A program made the position numbers and the translations under genes. Below, piece by piece: positions 50,370 through 62,150 of a DNA stretch of 64,000 bases. Below the pieces are notes generated by a model that was not told where the DNA came from, made no database searches, and was given only the letters and a program-made list of their open reading frames with translations. The first letter of the stretch is position 1, and every line of letters starts with the position of its first letter. Origin of the DNA: Callorhinchus milii (lineage: Eukaryota); NCBI RefSeq assembly GCF_018977255.1, contig NW_024704742.1, positions 90,460,001-90,524,000 on the forward strand, read 5' to 3'.

Positions 50370-51345
50370 AGAGATCACAAGGGCGGGGCAGATAAAAAAG
50401 GCCCTTCAGACTATTTGATGTCAATCTTCCAGGCTACCCACCCTGCAGTCCTTCTATCAGTGTCCCGTAGATTCTTGCTTGAATCTAGCATTTGGTACTA
50501 CCACTCTTCCTGGTAACCTATTCCAGTTGTTATTTATCCTTTGTGTAAATAAATACTCCCAGTTGTCTATCTATTGCCCTTTACCATTCTGAATCATTGC
50601 CCTTTTCTGCTGCTTTTGCGTATTTGAAAGAATTGTTCTGGGTTTAGTTTCTCAATCCCATTTAGAGTCTCATAAACCTCAATGAGATCCCCTCTGAGAT
50701 ATCTTTTGTCAAAGCTGAAGAGCCTTAGGTTATCGAGTTGTTCTTCATAGTTTATTCCTGGGTATCATCCTTGTTCTCTTTTGCAATGCCTTTATGGCCT
50801 GAACAGCTCCCTGTCATAATGACCGACACTGTAAGTGGTAGAGTGTCCACAAAGTCCTGTTACGCAATGTTTTTCCCCCTACAGTGCACTGACCACCAAC
50901 TGAAACATGTGGAAGAATGACGATAATTGTATTTAGGAGTGCTTAATTGTATTCAGTACAAGTGTTTAACTGTATTTAGACATCCAAACGCTCGGTGTGA
51001 GCGCCATCATTTTCATGGCAGATAATGATCCATCGCCATATTTAGTGTGACATCTTCTGTAACATGATGGAGTGACGAGGTGAAATGCATCTCTGACAGT
51101 TTGTTTCTGCTCCTCCTTAGTGTCATATCATTGTTTTGAAAAAGGGAGTAACAGGACATTGTGGACACCCTGTAGGCCCCAACAGCATTGTACAGCTTGA
51201 ACATGACTTCTGGGAACTTGAACTCAAAATAACTGTCAGTTTCCCCCTTGGCAAATTCTATGCATCCATGTAGTACATGTATCGCCTGTTTGTACTTTCT
51301 ATATTTGGTACCTTTTATTTATCTGTATTGAACTTCATTTGCAGG
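50370..51345 (-). mobile_element. Very old CR1 3' fragment, interrupted by the mariner derivative
   Basis: Reverse-complement CR1 motifs (AAACCTCAATGAGATCCCCTCT; AGCATTGTACAGCTTGAACATGACTTC) lie on both sides of the insert. Confidence 0.7.
50839..51172 (-). mobile_element. Non-autonomous Tc1/mariner element (MITE-like), copy 1
   Basis: Terminal inverted repeats (T)AGAGTGTCCACAAAGTCCTGTTAC and GTAACAGGACATTGTGGACACCCTG followed by TA; interior homologous to copy 2. Confidence 0.88.
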
Positions 51346-52061
51346 TGAAGAGACATGAATAACAATACACATGGAGTTGAGAAGTTTGAATATAAAATAT
51401 CAGCATTGATTTAAAAAATATTTTTAATTGTCCCCAAATCAATGTTTAAAATAACTACATTTTATGAGAAGCAGATGCTATCTTGGAGTAAGAACAGAGA
51501 GAACATTAAGAATGAGAGAATTGCTGAGAAATGGCAATTCCTACATGATAGACAATTTAGTAACCTGTTAGTTCTTAAAATTTAAGCAACATTCTTAGAA
51601 TTAAGGACATTTTTCCTTCGGGAATAGCAATAATACTCTTGAACCAAACCCAAAACTGTATCAAGGGCTTGGAGTTTATTTCAAGAATATTATGAATTAA
51701 AAAACGTCTGATGGTTCTGTGTATTTGTTTAAATTGGTTTTGTATCCCTTCGCATCGGAAGTTGGATTAAAATAAAGCGTCTATTTTGAAAGCAAGTAAG
51801 TTGCTCTGAATTCAGCAATGAAGAGGAATTGATGCCCAAGCAACAAAAGACGTTCACTCTTCAAATGATCTATTACTCTGGTAAGACGCATTTGAACGTG
51901 CTGAGCTATAGAGTGGTGGAATGTAGGTTCTCAAACAGCATGTTCCCTCATTGAATCAAGTCACTGCCTGGTTACAATTGGTCATTCACTTTATGGCTGT
52001 TTGTGGGAAAGTGCTGTACGCACATTGGCTGCCACATTCTCCTACAAAATACACTTCACAG

Positions 52062-52476
52062 CCTGGCTTAGTTGGTAGCACTCTTGCCTCCGAGTTAGAA
52101 GGTTGTGGGTTCAAGCCCTGTGCCAGAACACTGAGCTCACGGTCTAGGCAGACATTCCAGTCCGGTGTTGGGGGAATAGCTATATTGTTTTGGTGCTATC
52201 AGTAAATGAGATGTTAAAATCGAGATCCCATCTGCCTGTTCAGGTGGATGTTAAAGATCACATGAAACTACTTGGAAAAAGGAGAGTTTTTTCCCGTGCC
52301 CGAGTCAATAATCCCACAGATAAAATTGGTCATTTGTTTCATGGCTATTTGTGGGACACTGCTGTGAGCAAATTGGCTGCCATGTTATCCAAATTTTTTG
52401 GTATATCTTGCAAAGCAATTTGAAACATCCTCCTGACATGAAAGGCGCTATACCAAATGTAAGGATTATCATTATT
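52062..52476 (+). mobile_element. Old full-length Deu-domain SINE (SacSINE1-like)
   Basis: Head TGGCTTAGTTGGTAGCACTCTTGCCTCCGAGTTAGAAGGTTGTGGGTTCAAG, Deu domain and tail. Confidence 0.85.
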
Positions 52477-54114
52477 AAATCCTGTGACACGTTTTGAAAT
52501 GTTCTCCTGACGTGTAAGGTGCTATATCAAATGACAAAGATTTTTTTAAAAACAGAAATAACCAGTTTGAAGTAACTGTGAATCTTTATCCAATGTAATC
52601 TATTGGTGCATTTTTCATCATTGAGTGAAAGAATGCCTCCTTGGCAATGATAGACATTCCAAGTTTTAAAAGTCTCCATAACAGGTCATTACTACAAAGA
52701 AAATCCTACTTTTCATCAGGCATCCAGTATCAGCAGGGTAGAGGAATAAATCCTTTCCCCCTGTACCATGGAGAAATATGGCTGCACCATCACAATCAAA
52801 AAAGGAAATGCATCCACTCATTAGATCACCACATGTACATTCTGCTACTGGGCTCACCGGGGGTTGAAGACTCTTAACCCAATATGAGACCAGCGTTCTC
52901 CCTTTACAACCTCTACAAGACCAACAAGTCTCAATTAAAAACTATAAAAGCAATACCTTTTTGCAATGATTCCTGCCTCAAATTATTTTACGCATTGAAG
53001 CAAATTGACAAATAGATCTCCAAGGTGCCTGCACCGAAACAAAGGAGTTCATGTCTAAGTTCTGTCCATCATCTTAAAATATTTCAAACAATTCATCAAA
53101 CATAAGGAGTCTTCATACCAGTGGGTATCACGGAAATAAAGGCTTTTGTTATAAGTGTGTCACTTTTATCCTGTAAATTGTTCTTGTGTTGCAGATGAGA
53201 ATATTGCATTCTACAGTAGATTAAAGTAATTGCCCAGTGTGACATTTTAATGAGACAGTTATAAAGGTAGATTGGAGCTATCCTTCATTCCTGTACAGGG
53301 TGCAGAATTACATTCCCTTTCAACATGGTTTCACAGTGGTCTGCCTGTATCAGGTGCTTGTCTGATATCTGTTTAACTTGTTCACACCGCTTCAGTATAC
53401 AGGGAACAGGTTAATTAAACCACAGAGACCCACCATAAGATTTGAATACATCTTGTCACATAAATAGCAGCGTGTCAGCATTTTGGTGGACCCCGCTAAA
53501 CCTATCGACTAGACAAAGCTTTCCCGACAATATCTAATATGGATCGCTGGCTTCTTTAACATATCAAACTAATTCCAGAGGAAATAAAGCACCTAAGTTT
53601 TATAAAATGTTTGGGCACTTTTACCCAGCAAGATAATTAAAACTTAATATTGAGGTTGGAACGAAATACTGAGGAGATTGTACACTTGCATATTTATAAT
53701 GGATGTTGATCTAGGGAAAAGATGGAAACCATGTTAATTAATGTTAATTAACCACTGGAGGAATCTTCCCAGATCCTGGTTAAATTAGTCCCTGAGCTAC
53801 AAGAGGTAGAAGTCTCAGCTAATCCTTTATTATACACAAAAAAGAGAAAACACAGATGACATCATTAACATAAAAGTGTTGTAAAGCAAATGCATGTCAT
53901 TTTCTCACCAGACAATTTTTTTTAAAACCGTTTTGCTTGTATCTCCACGATGCAGCCTTTTATTAAACCAAATACAACAACAACAAGATTCCATTTATAA
54001 AGCGCCTTTCACGTCAGGAGGACGTCCCAAGGCGCTGTATTTATAATAAATAAATCCATTTATTAAAACAATATTTTGAAGCTCAGTACTAAAAGCTTGC
54101 TTACTTACCACGAT

Positions 54115-54530
54115 TTGCTAGTTGGGTGCACTCTCCCCTCTGAGCAAGAAGTGTGGGCTTAAGCCTCACATCGTGACTTTAAACTCAAATAGTCTAGGCT
54201 GACACTCCAAAGCAATGGATTGCACTGTTGGAGGTGCCGTTCTTCGGATGTGAAGTTAAACCAAAGTTCTGACTGTCTGTTCAGTCAGACGTTAAAAATC
54301 CCATGACATTATTTGAAAATGAGACAGAAGTTTGTCCTGATGTTGTCACCAACAATGCCCTAGATAAAATTGGCTTCTTTGTTGTTTGTGGGACAACAAT
54401 GTGTGCAAATTGGCTACTGTGTTCACCGACAAAAAACAGTCACTACACTACAATAAATCCTGTTGTGCGCTTTGACATCTTCCTGACATGAAAGGCACTA
54501 ATGTTAAAAGGCAAGGATGATTTTTATTAT
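54115..54530 (+). mobile_element. Old full-length Deu-domain SINE
   Basis: TCTAGGCTGACACTCCA...GCACTGTTGGAGGTGCCGT...GTTAAACC. Confidence 0.82.
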
Positions 54531-54959
54531 ACTGTAATCACTGCTGATTGATGGCACTCTCTATACATCATGAAGCTGCAAGATGCAGAGAAAACATTTT
54601 CATTTAAATCTGTAACATCACAGCCTTTAAACCCAGTTTTACATGTTGGCATTCTGCATTTCACTTTTACTTGATCAAAATTCGTAAATCGCTATCTCAG
54701 TCCAGGACCAACCCAAAATGAGCTGGAGAAAGATAATGAGAAGACACGTTCAGTGAATTTCATTCAATAAGTAATTTTATCTTTTTCCCTTACTTTTGGT
54801 CTACGATCCTAAAAAGCACTTTTCAGACCATTCCTTTCAAGCTCTTCTGGAATAAAATACAGTGGCAAAGTTGAAAAGATCGCAGCTGTATATGTATATA
54901 TTATAAAGGTTTTATCACTGACTCTTGTGGCATGCCTACAGATCTCCTTCAGCAGATTA

Positions 54960-55314
54960 AAAATTAACAATCCATGCATTTGATAAAACACCTCATTGAG
55001 ATGCCTCACTGTGCTTCATAGAACACTGTATATTGTAAAGTGGATTGCCTGTGTATCTGTGGGGAAAAATGCAGCAGTCAATAGCACACAGCAGTGAATT
55101 GCACACAGCAGTGTCCACAAATAATCGTGAATTGAGTGACCACTTTTTTTTAGGGATTAGTACCCTGATAGCGATCCACCAATCGACTAACAACTGGGTT
55201 CCTACTTCCTGCTAGGGTAAACAGGTGTATGGAGTAAAGAAATTTGCCTAAGGTTTCACCTTGCGTGGGAATCGAACCCGGGTCCTCTCACTTGCACTAC
55301 GCTACGGAACTCCA
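54960..55314 (-). mobile_element. SINE, intermediate subfamily
   Basis: Tail, core, middle segment and partly deleted head. Confidence 0.85.
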
Positions 55315-56925
55315 CAAACTAAACCAAGTTTCTCCACAAAATTTAGCACACGCTAAATGAGTGTTTATTGGGCTATGTCAGTGTTGTATCATCTTCACCA
55401 ATTTCAGTTTCAGCACTAAAGTTTATTAGTTTAACTGAGAGGACTCAAACCGTTTTCATCCAAGACATTATGCTATATAAATGTTTGGATAGTGGAACCA
55501 ACACACGTATTGCAGGGATCTCAGTATTTAACAGGTAAAGATGGGGCTAAAACTTATAAATTACCCACTTGTAGCCTATTTTGTAAGAATTTTTCACCCA
55601 TTAGAACAAATCCTATCCAGAAATTGAGCAAAAGCTCAATAGAACAGCATTAATCACAAACCTTCTTGGCCAATCCCACACTCTTTCTCAGTCCCAAAGA
55701 CAGCTGCTACATGTCTCCACTCTGACCACTTAAGAGAATTCTGAAACTCACAGAAACTTTTTTTTGCACAAAATCCAGCCTCCAGCTTTTAAACTAAGAC
55801 CAACAGTAATTGTCTCCATCAGCGTAAAATAATTATCTACTCCAAATTTCAGCTCTGTAGATTGTGAACTTGAAAGTTGAACATTACACTAAACCAACAT
55901 AAACAAAATAAACTTAATAGATACAACATTTAACTTAATTTAAACACAGATCAATAATTTTTCACAAAATTTCAGAAACTCACTGTAGTTCTGCTCGGCC
56001 TGCAAGTCTGCTTCCTCCCAATGCACAATACACAATAATTGGTGGGCACTGTGTATGATTTGACAGGAATGGTTGTTCCTGATTAAGTTAAAGTTCTAAA
56101 CTACTTTGTATATGTATATACACAGCCAAGATGTCCACTTGCGCAGGAAGTCATACCAGAATGGTCATCTTTACAATGCAACCCCCTCTACAACTTTAGA
56201 AGTAGACGTCCCGTCATGCGCAGTGCAGCCCCCCCGCTTCCTGTTGTGTGCCTGGGCATCTCAACCTGCAGCCACCTCAACTCTGTCACTTCAGCATAAA
56301 GCCTACTTTATGTGCCTTATTAGGGTGTGTGTGGGGCGCATGTGGATGTGGTGCACACTGGGGCGATTTCGGACTGTCTGAAATGGAGCGTCCCAAAACA
56401 TGTTTGCACATCCTGTGTGCGTGCTGTGAACCTGTATGCGCTCCCCACTAAGGGAGGGGTGGGGGGGAATTGGGAGAGGGTACACAACCCAACTTGTAAC
56501 TGCGCCCTGCAAAGGGCGGCAGAACACCAAGGCAGGGAAGCCTTGGTCCCTTCACCAAAGTGGAGTGCGCAGAGGCCACCCCACCACAAGGGTCTGGCTC
56601 TGTTGTATCCTGTAACGGGATAATAACACGTTGCGTCTTTTTTTTCTGTAACGGGTTTGATACGTCTGAGATATGTGTAAATATATATCAACAAATAAAT
56701 ATATATTTTGTAAAAAAAATTGAGCTCACAATGAATGCTGACATTCCTGTAACTTTCACACTCCTATTTGCATTGTGCTCTGCCGCATTTTTTTTACACA
56801 TAACTGGAGAACAAGCCCCAATGTGGTTTCTTTGTTGTGTTAAAACTTCTTTGGAAACAGAAAGGATTAGACAAGAATACCTTACAGAAAGGATCAGGAA
56901 TTAGACAAAATATATAGTTTAAGAC

Positions 56926-56931
56926 TTTATT
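56926..56931 (-). terminator. Candidate CNTLN polyadenylation signal AATAAA
   Basis: TTTATT on the plus strand about 600 nt downstream of the CNTLN stop, within an AT-rich putative 3' UTR. Use of this site is not demonstrated. Confidence 0.35.
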
Positions 56932-57525
56932 ATCTACAATTTTTTTTACAGCAAGGCAAAATAAATTCAATCCTCACAATTTTAAACACACTTTTTGTAA
57001 AGTATAGAAGAAAGATACTGTGTTACATTGTACTGGCCTACAAAATCTAAGAATAATTGTCAGATTTTTGTTTGTGCTCTAATTTGTAAATTAAATCCTT
57101 TCAAATAATTAATATTTCATGTGATTTGTGTAAAAAAAATTATTAAATACTTAATTTCTTCAAATAATGTAATATACTAAATTAAGTGGAGAAATGTATT
57201 AAACAATGTTATCCAGAATTACAGGATTTATAAAATGGGTATTTCTGCTTATTAGCCATCAAAACCAATAAATTATTTTATACATGTGCATTACAAAAAA
57301 ATTGAGCAGAGCTCTGGGAAATGTAAGTGATCAATTTTATCATGTGTGTCTGAATTCTACAAGTGAATAAAAAACATGAAAAATGTCTCAATTTCATTTA
57401 ATAAAATCACATGATGCAATATTACAGAATCTGTGCACGTTTTATCAATTAAGAGTCTGTGACCACTAGCCACGGAAGATTGCCATTTGAAGTGGTCATC
57501 TCATTTCACTTGAGCCATGAATCCG

Positions 57526-57627
57526 TCACCTTTCTACTTTTAAGAGTAAAGCGCAATCTTCTGACAGTTTCTCTTTCTCTCCCATCTTCTCCAGTACAAC
57601 TTCTGCTAAACGTGAAGCAAAAGGCAG
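57526..57627 (-). CDS. CNTLN: Centlein terminal coding exon (LPFASRLAEVVLEKMGEKEKLSEDCALLLKVER*)
   Basis: Translated by hand after the acceptor TGTTTTATGTTGCAG|CTG, with branch-like CTTTAAC about 21 nt upstream and a TGA stop at 57528-57526. It aligns with the recalled human CNTLN C-terminus LPFASYLLEAVLEKINEKKKLVEGYFTIMKDIR*, and synteny with SH3GL2 agrees. Confidence 0.88.
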   Translation of the reverse strand: MPFASRLAEVVLEKMGEKEKLSEDCALLLKVER

Positions 57628-57665
57628 CTGCAACATAAAACAACACGTTAAAGCAATGCGTTTTA

Positions 57666-57914
57666 TAATAATCCTTGCATTTGATATAGCGCCTTATCAG
57701 GTCTTCGAGACGTCTCAAAGCGCTTCACAGAATATACTGTAAAGTGAATTGATTATATTTCGTGGACAAAACGCGGCAGCCAATTGCAGCAGTGTCCCAC
57801 AAACAGTCATGGATTGAGTGTGGAGTAAAGGAATTTGCCCAACAATTACCCCTTCCGGGAATCAATCCAGATTACTCGCTTGCGAGGCGATTGCCTCTAA
57901 GCTACAGGACTCCA
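57666..57914 (-). mobile_element. SINE with internal deletions, just upstream of the CNTLN last exon
   Basis: Head ends GCTACAGGACTCCA; tail lies at about 57666. Confidence 0.88.
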
Positions 57915-60599
57915 CAAAACCAATTTAATTCACCACTGTAGCAGTATAAAAAGCTACAATTCCAAGGATCACAGTATCACAAGAGAAGTTTAGATTTAGA
58001 AAATCCTTTGGACAGATTTAACTCATCCTTAAGAATACCAACTCTACCATTTTACCATTAGATTGTCAAGCTGTTTCTTAAATGAGTAGTGTCCTTCCTC
58101 CCGTTTAACTAAGAATTTACAATAAAACGGAAGTCTTTAAATTTCAAAATGTCTTTCCACGATGGCTCAGTTTGCAAAGTCACAATTCAATGTGAAAAGG
58201 AGTCATACAGGCACAGGTCTACTTTTGATCCTCAGTCTGTGCTGAGTTACTTGCGGCTGTTATAAAGGGCATAACGATTGCTTTCAGAACCTCTGAGGTG
58301 GAGAAGGAAAATATCCGGTAATGTTTGCAGATCTCATCATCACCTGCCAGTGACTCTTGCTCAAAAACAATGCATGGAGGGGGTTCACAATCAGTCTTGG
58401 CTGTGGTATCTGTTACATTTGAAAAATTACTCAATGGGATTGAAAATGTATTGAGATGCAGTGTACACCTCTTGCAGGGAAACCCATTTACATCGCACCT
58501 GCTCACAAAAGCTCACTCCAAACTAATGTACTGTGAGCCAGACGATTGTGGGTTCAAACACAGCATCAGTCATATAGTCTAGGCTGACAACACACTTTAT
58601 TGTAAATCCTATGAAGCACAGCGACACTCTCTTGAAGTGAAAAGCATTATATCAAATGTAAGTATTATTATCATGTATTGGGAAAACGTGTTGTAGTTGG
58701 GCACCATCTGAATATGTAGCTGAAAGATGTGCACTGAACCTGGCTTGTGAGGAAATCTCATATCAGAAAAATATTCAGGTGAAAATCAGTAATACAGATT
58801 AGAAAACATTTTACAATCACAGCAATTTATCAGGAATTGTAGCACAAAACAAGAAACAAAACTATTCCTCTGGTGGCACAAATGCACTACAGCCGCATTG
58901 TAGGGGACAGGTTCTGTTGCCTGTCCTGTTGTGGGAAGGTGTCGAATAGAGGGCTGTTCCTTGCAAGGGAAAGGAAGAGGTCAAAATAACCAGAGGAAAA
59001 GTTGTGTCAATGCCTTGGTTGTATGCTTCTTACTGACAAGATCATCAAGTGATCAGCAGTTGGTCAGGGATCAAGTGCCCCAGCCCCTACCCCCACCGCA
59101 CTCCAATAATTTGCCAATGGTGAACGATCCATTTGGGATACAAGAGAGGAAATACAATGAGAAATGAAGAGGCAATATTTCTTTGGAAAGGAGGGATCAT
59201 TTGGATTTATAAAACAAGTAAAATTTTTAATGAGTAACTGAAAAAGAAAAAAATGCAACTTTATAAATGCCACTCATCACCCTCATAAATAAACTTGACT
59301 GCTAATATTCCAAAGCAATTGTTGGATGAATGTTTTGTTTAGGAAGCCTATTTTTGCTAGATGACCTATAGAACATAAACTAATTATCACACAGATCTCT
59401 CAAAGTGCATTGTCCATTGCAATGAAGTAACAGAAGAGAAAATCCAAAGTATCTGTCTAAATTACCAATAGGTGTAGGTATAACTTAAGATGCTATATAA
59501 ATGTCAGCTGCTCATAGCCTTAACACAATCCTGAAAGTTAAAAGATGGATAACCAGATATTAATCTCCTCACTCCCATCCTAGGATAATGAGAAAATGTT
59601 TAGTGCAAGAAATCTGCCAATCGTATCACAGAAAAAAAATCCTTTGTGCATGACAACTGTGCTAAAGCCTCCAACACTCCCTGTGTGTATGCTGGATGTT
59701 TCTTCCCTATAAGTCTACATTGCAAAAGAAAATCTACTGAAGTGAAACTATGAATATTACCCATTACCCTTAAAATAAAAAGTTCAGGGAAAATTACTTC
59801 AAATTCTTTTCTTTTGACACAGATACATGGGCAACGTACCAGAGGTTAACATACCAAAGCAAAGTTTTACTATTTCCCTACTCACCTCCAGAGGGCAATA
59901 GTCTTAAGTGAATAACATCAGAAAGCAGCAGGTTCAAAGTTCAGGCGACATTATGATAAATTCCATGTGACACATCGTCTTGGGGTTAGATTCAATTTCT
60001 AATACTCTCCACAACAGCCAAGACTGCCAATTACTTATAGATGTAGAAAGGAATTTCATTAAGTCTTGTGTTCTTCATTAACATCACAAGTTACAATATA
60101 CCTGCATCACTCTGCTTCCTGCAGTTCACGAATAAATCACCAGTTACTGCTCGTCCATTATAAAAGACAGCAGTGCACTGGCACTAACATGTGGTCAGAT
60201 TAATATGCTTTGTGTCCAATAGAGTCACATAGAACAAAGAAAAATAAGGTAAGATAATAAGTTCACGAGCTGTATGGCATGCTGTACATATCTTATTGAG
60301 TGATTCATAGTTTAATGATCTTCTTAATGACATGATTTGCAATAACACTTCATCTTTCAAGTGCCATTCATTCTCAGTCACCAAATCAATAACGTATGTT
60401 AGTGCTGTCTGCAGGGAACTTCCACATTACATTAATTTATTCTTTATTCCTCAAAACAATGTGTTAACAGGATTCTTTCCACACATGGTAGAGCATTTAT
60501 ATTCTTGACTCTATTTGCAAATGTCAATCAGTATCTAAGTAAACAGATTGCAACCCCATTGTGACAGATGCAACTTTGTAACAAGAGTGTTTTTTCTTT

Positions 60600-61280
60600 T
60601 TCCTTTCAATTCTTCCCCTTCTCTTCTGAAGGAACTGAATTATACTGGGTTTGGTTACATGACCCCCAACCACATTCAGTACCTCACATAACTGACTAAC
60701 CATTCTTCAACTGAGAGCATTGACATAAGTATTTTCGGTCTTTCTGTATCATTAGTGAGCCTGATCCTATCATGACCCAGTGGAGTCCTGTAGCTCAGTG
60801 GTGAGAGCACTTGCCTCGCAAGCAAGAGACTTGAGTTTGATTCCCAGCAGGGAGAAACCTTGGGCAAGTTTCCTTGCTCCACACGCCTGATAATAATCCC
60901 TTAAGAAAAAAAAATAATAATTTGGTCACTCAATCCACAACTGTTTGTGAAACACTGCTGTGCGCAATTGGCTGCTGCGTATTGACCACAAAATATGCAG
61001 TCAATTCATTTTACAGTATATTCCGTGAAGTGCTTTGAGACGTCTCAAAGACGTGAAAAGCACCATATCAAATGCAAGAATTATTATTATAGTATCCACA
61101 AGCACTCACTTTCCAGAAGGAGGCTCTGGGTAGCAATTTTGAGTAGAAACTTAGTGCAACATTTCTGCTACCAAGACTAAAAGTTTTGAGATAAATTGTA
61201 ATACGAGGCTGACTGAGAGATCCATTAACTCAGTATAGGCCAGTAATCGAACCTAGGTCCTTCCTGATTTGTCAAATCTG
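60600..61280 (-). mobile_element. Ancient tRNA-derived SINE, AmnSINE2-like, split by a younger SINE
   Basis: Minus strand reads CAGGAAGGACCTAGGTTCGATT...TACTGAGTTAATGGATCTCTCAG, CTGGAAAGTGAGTGCTTGTGGA and a 3' end CCTTCAGAAGAGAAGGGGAAGAATTG, matching recalled AmnSINE2-type landmarks. Confidence 0.6.
60781..61092 (+). mobile_element. Full-length SINE
   Basis: Head TGGAGTCCTGTAGCTCAGTGG, core and tail. Confidence 0.93.
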
Positions 61281-61419
61281 GATCCTTCCTCTGTTGTTTC
61301 GGACTCGTCAGATAGACTGCAATGGTCTTTTCTGGTCTTGTTCATTCTTGTGTTCCTATTGCTCAGATAGCCACTGCCTTGATCGATATTAGTGGATCCA
61401 TTTCGGGTGCTGTATTAGG

Positions 61420-61620
61420 GAACTCAACCGCAGTCTCTCACATGAAAGATACTGACGGCAATACGAATGAGAAGGACAATCAGCAGCTAGAATGGGTTAC
61501 CAGGAAGGTGGTTGAAGCCAAAATATTAGATTAATTTAAGAAACAGCTTGATAATATAATGAAGACATTAGGATGATATTCTAAAAGTATGAGAAGGACA
61601 TTCTTCATCCGAACCTGTCT
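61420..61620 (+). mobile_element. Very old CR1 3' end
   Basis: GAATGGGTTACCAGGAAGGTGGTTGAAGC...TTTAAGAAACAGCTTGAT (NGLPGRVVEA...FKKQLD-like). Confidence 0.55.
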
Positions 61621-62150
61621 TGTGAATAGTACTTGGCGATTACGCTCAAGATTACAAAATGCAATGAAACCCTGATAGACAGGACTTATGTTTTACCCTA
61701 TACATGATGTTCCTACAGGTTTTAGTAACAAATCTGTTACATAAGGACAAGAAAATGAAAACTGGACATATGCAAACAACATAAAGCAGCACAAGTAATA
61801 ATCATGATAAGCACTTTGAGACATCCTCCCAATGTAAAAGGCTCTATATAAATGTAAACTATATGGTACAGTAAATAACACTTAAGAAACTGCCCAAGAA
61901 TTAAGTAGAAAGACCAATGAATCACACACATCTCAGCTCATCTGGCACACAAATTTTAGATAAAAAGATAGTTTCAAAACTGAATTTGTTCTCTTTGTTG
62001 AGACCATGATCTGTTCTTATCTATCTTATTTCCTTATGCACATTTAGTTGGGGCTGAGGGGGATAATTTGGATATCAATAAATAATTATTTGAATTCTGC
62101 AGAATTATAGTTAACTGCCCAGTATTGATATGAACACAATCATGAACTTA

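Noticed and set aside
58219..58582. Overlapping 95-aa and 85-aa ORFs in the last CNTLN intron
   Set aside because: No recognisable homology or convincing splice sites, and no match to the expected penultimate CNTLN exon.
59064..59900. Strong-looking minus-strand acceptor (about 59240) and donor (about 59885) as possible CNTLN exons
   Set aside because: Adjacent translations do not resemble centlein, and the two signals do not bracket a coherent exon.
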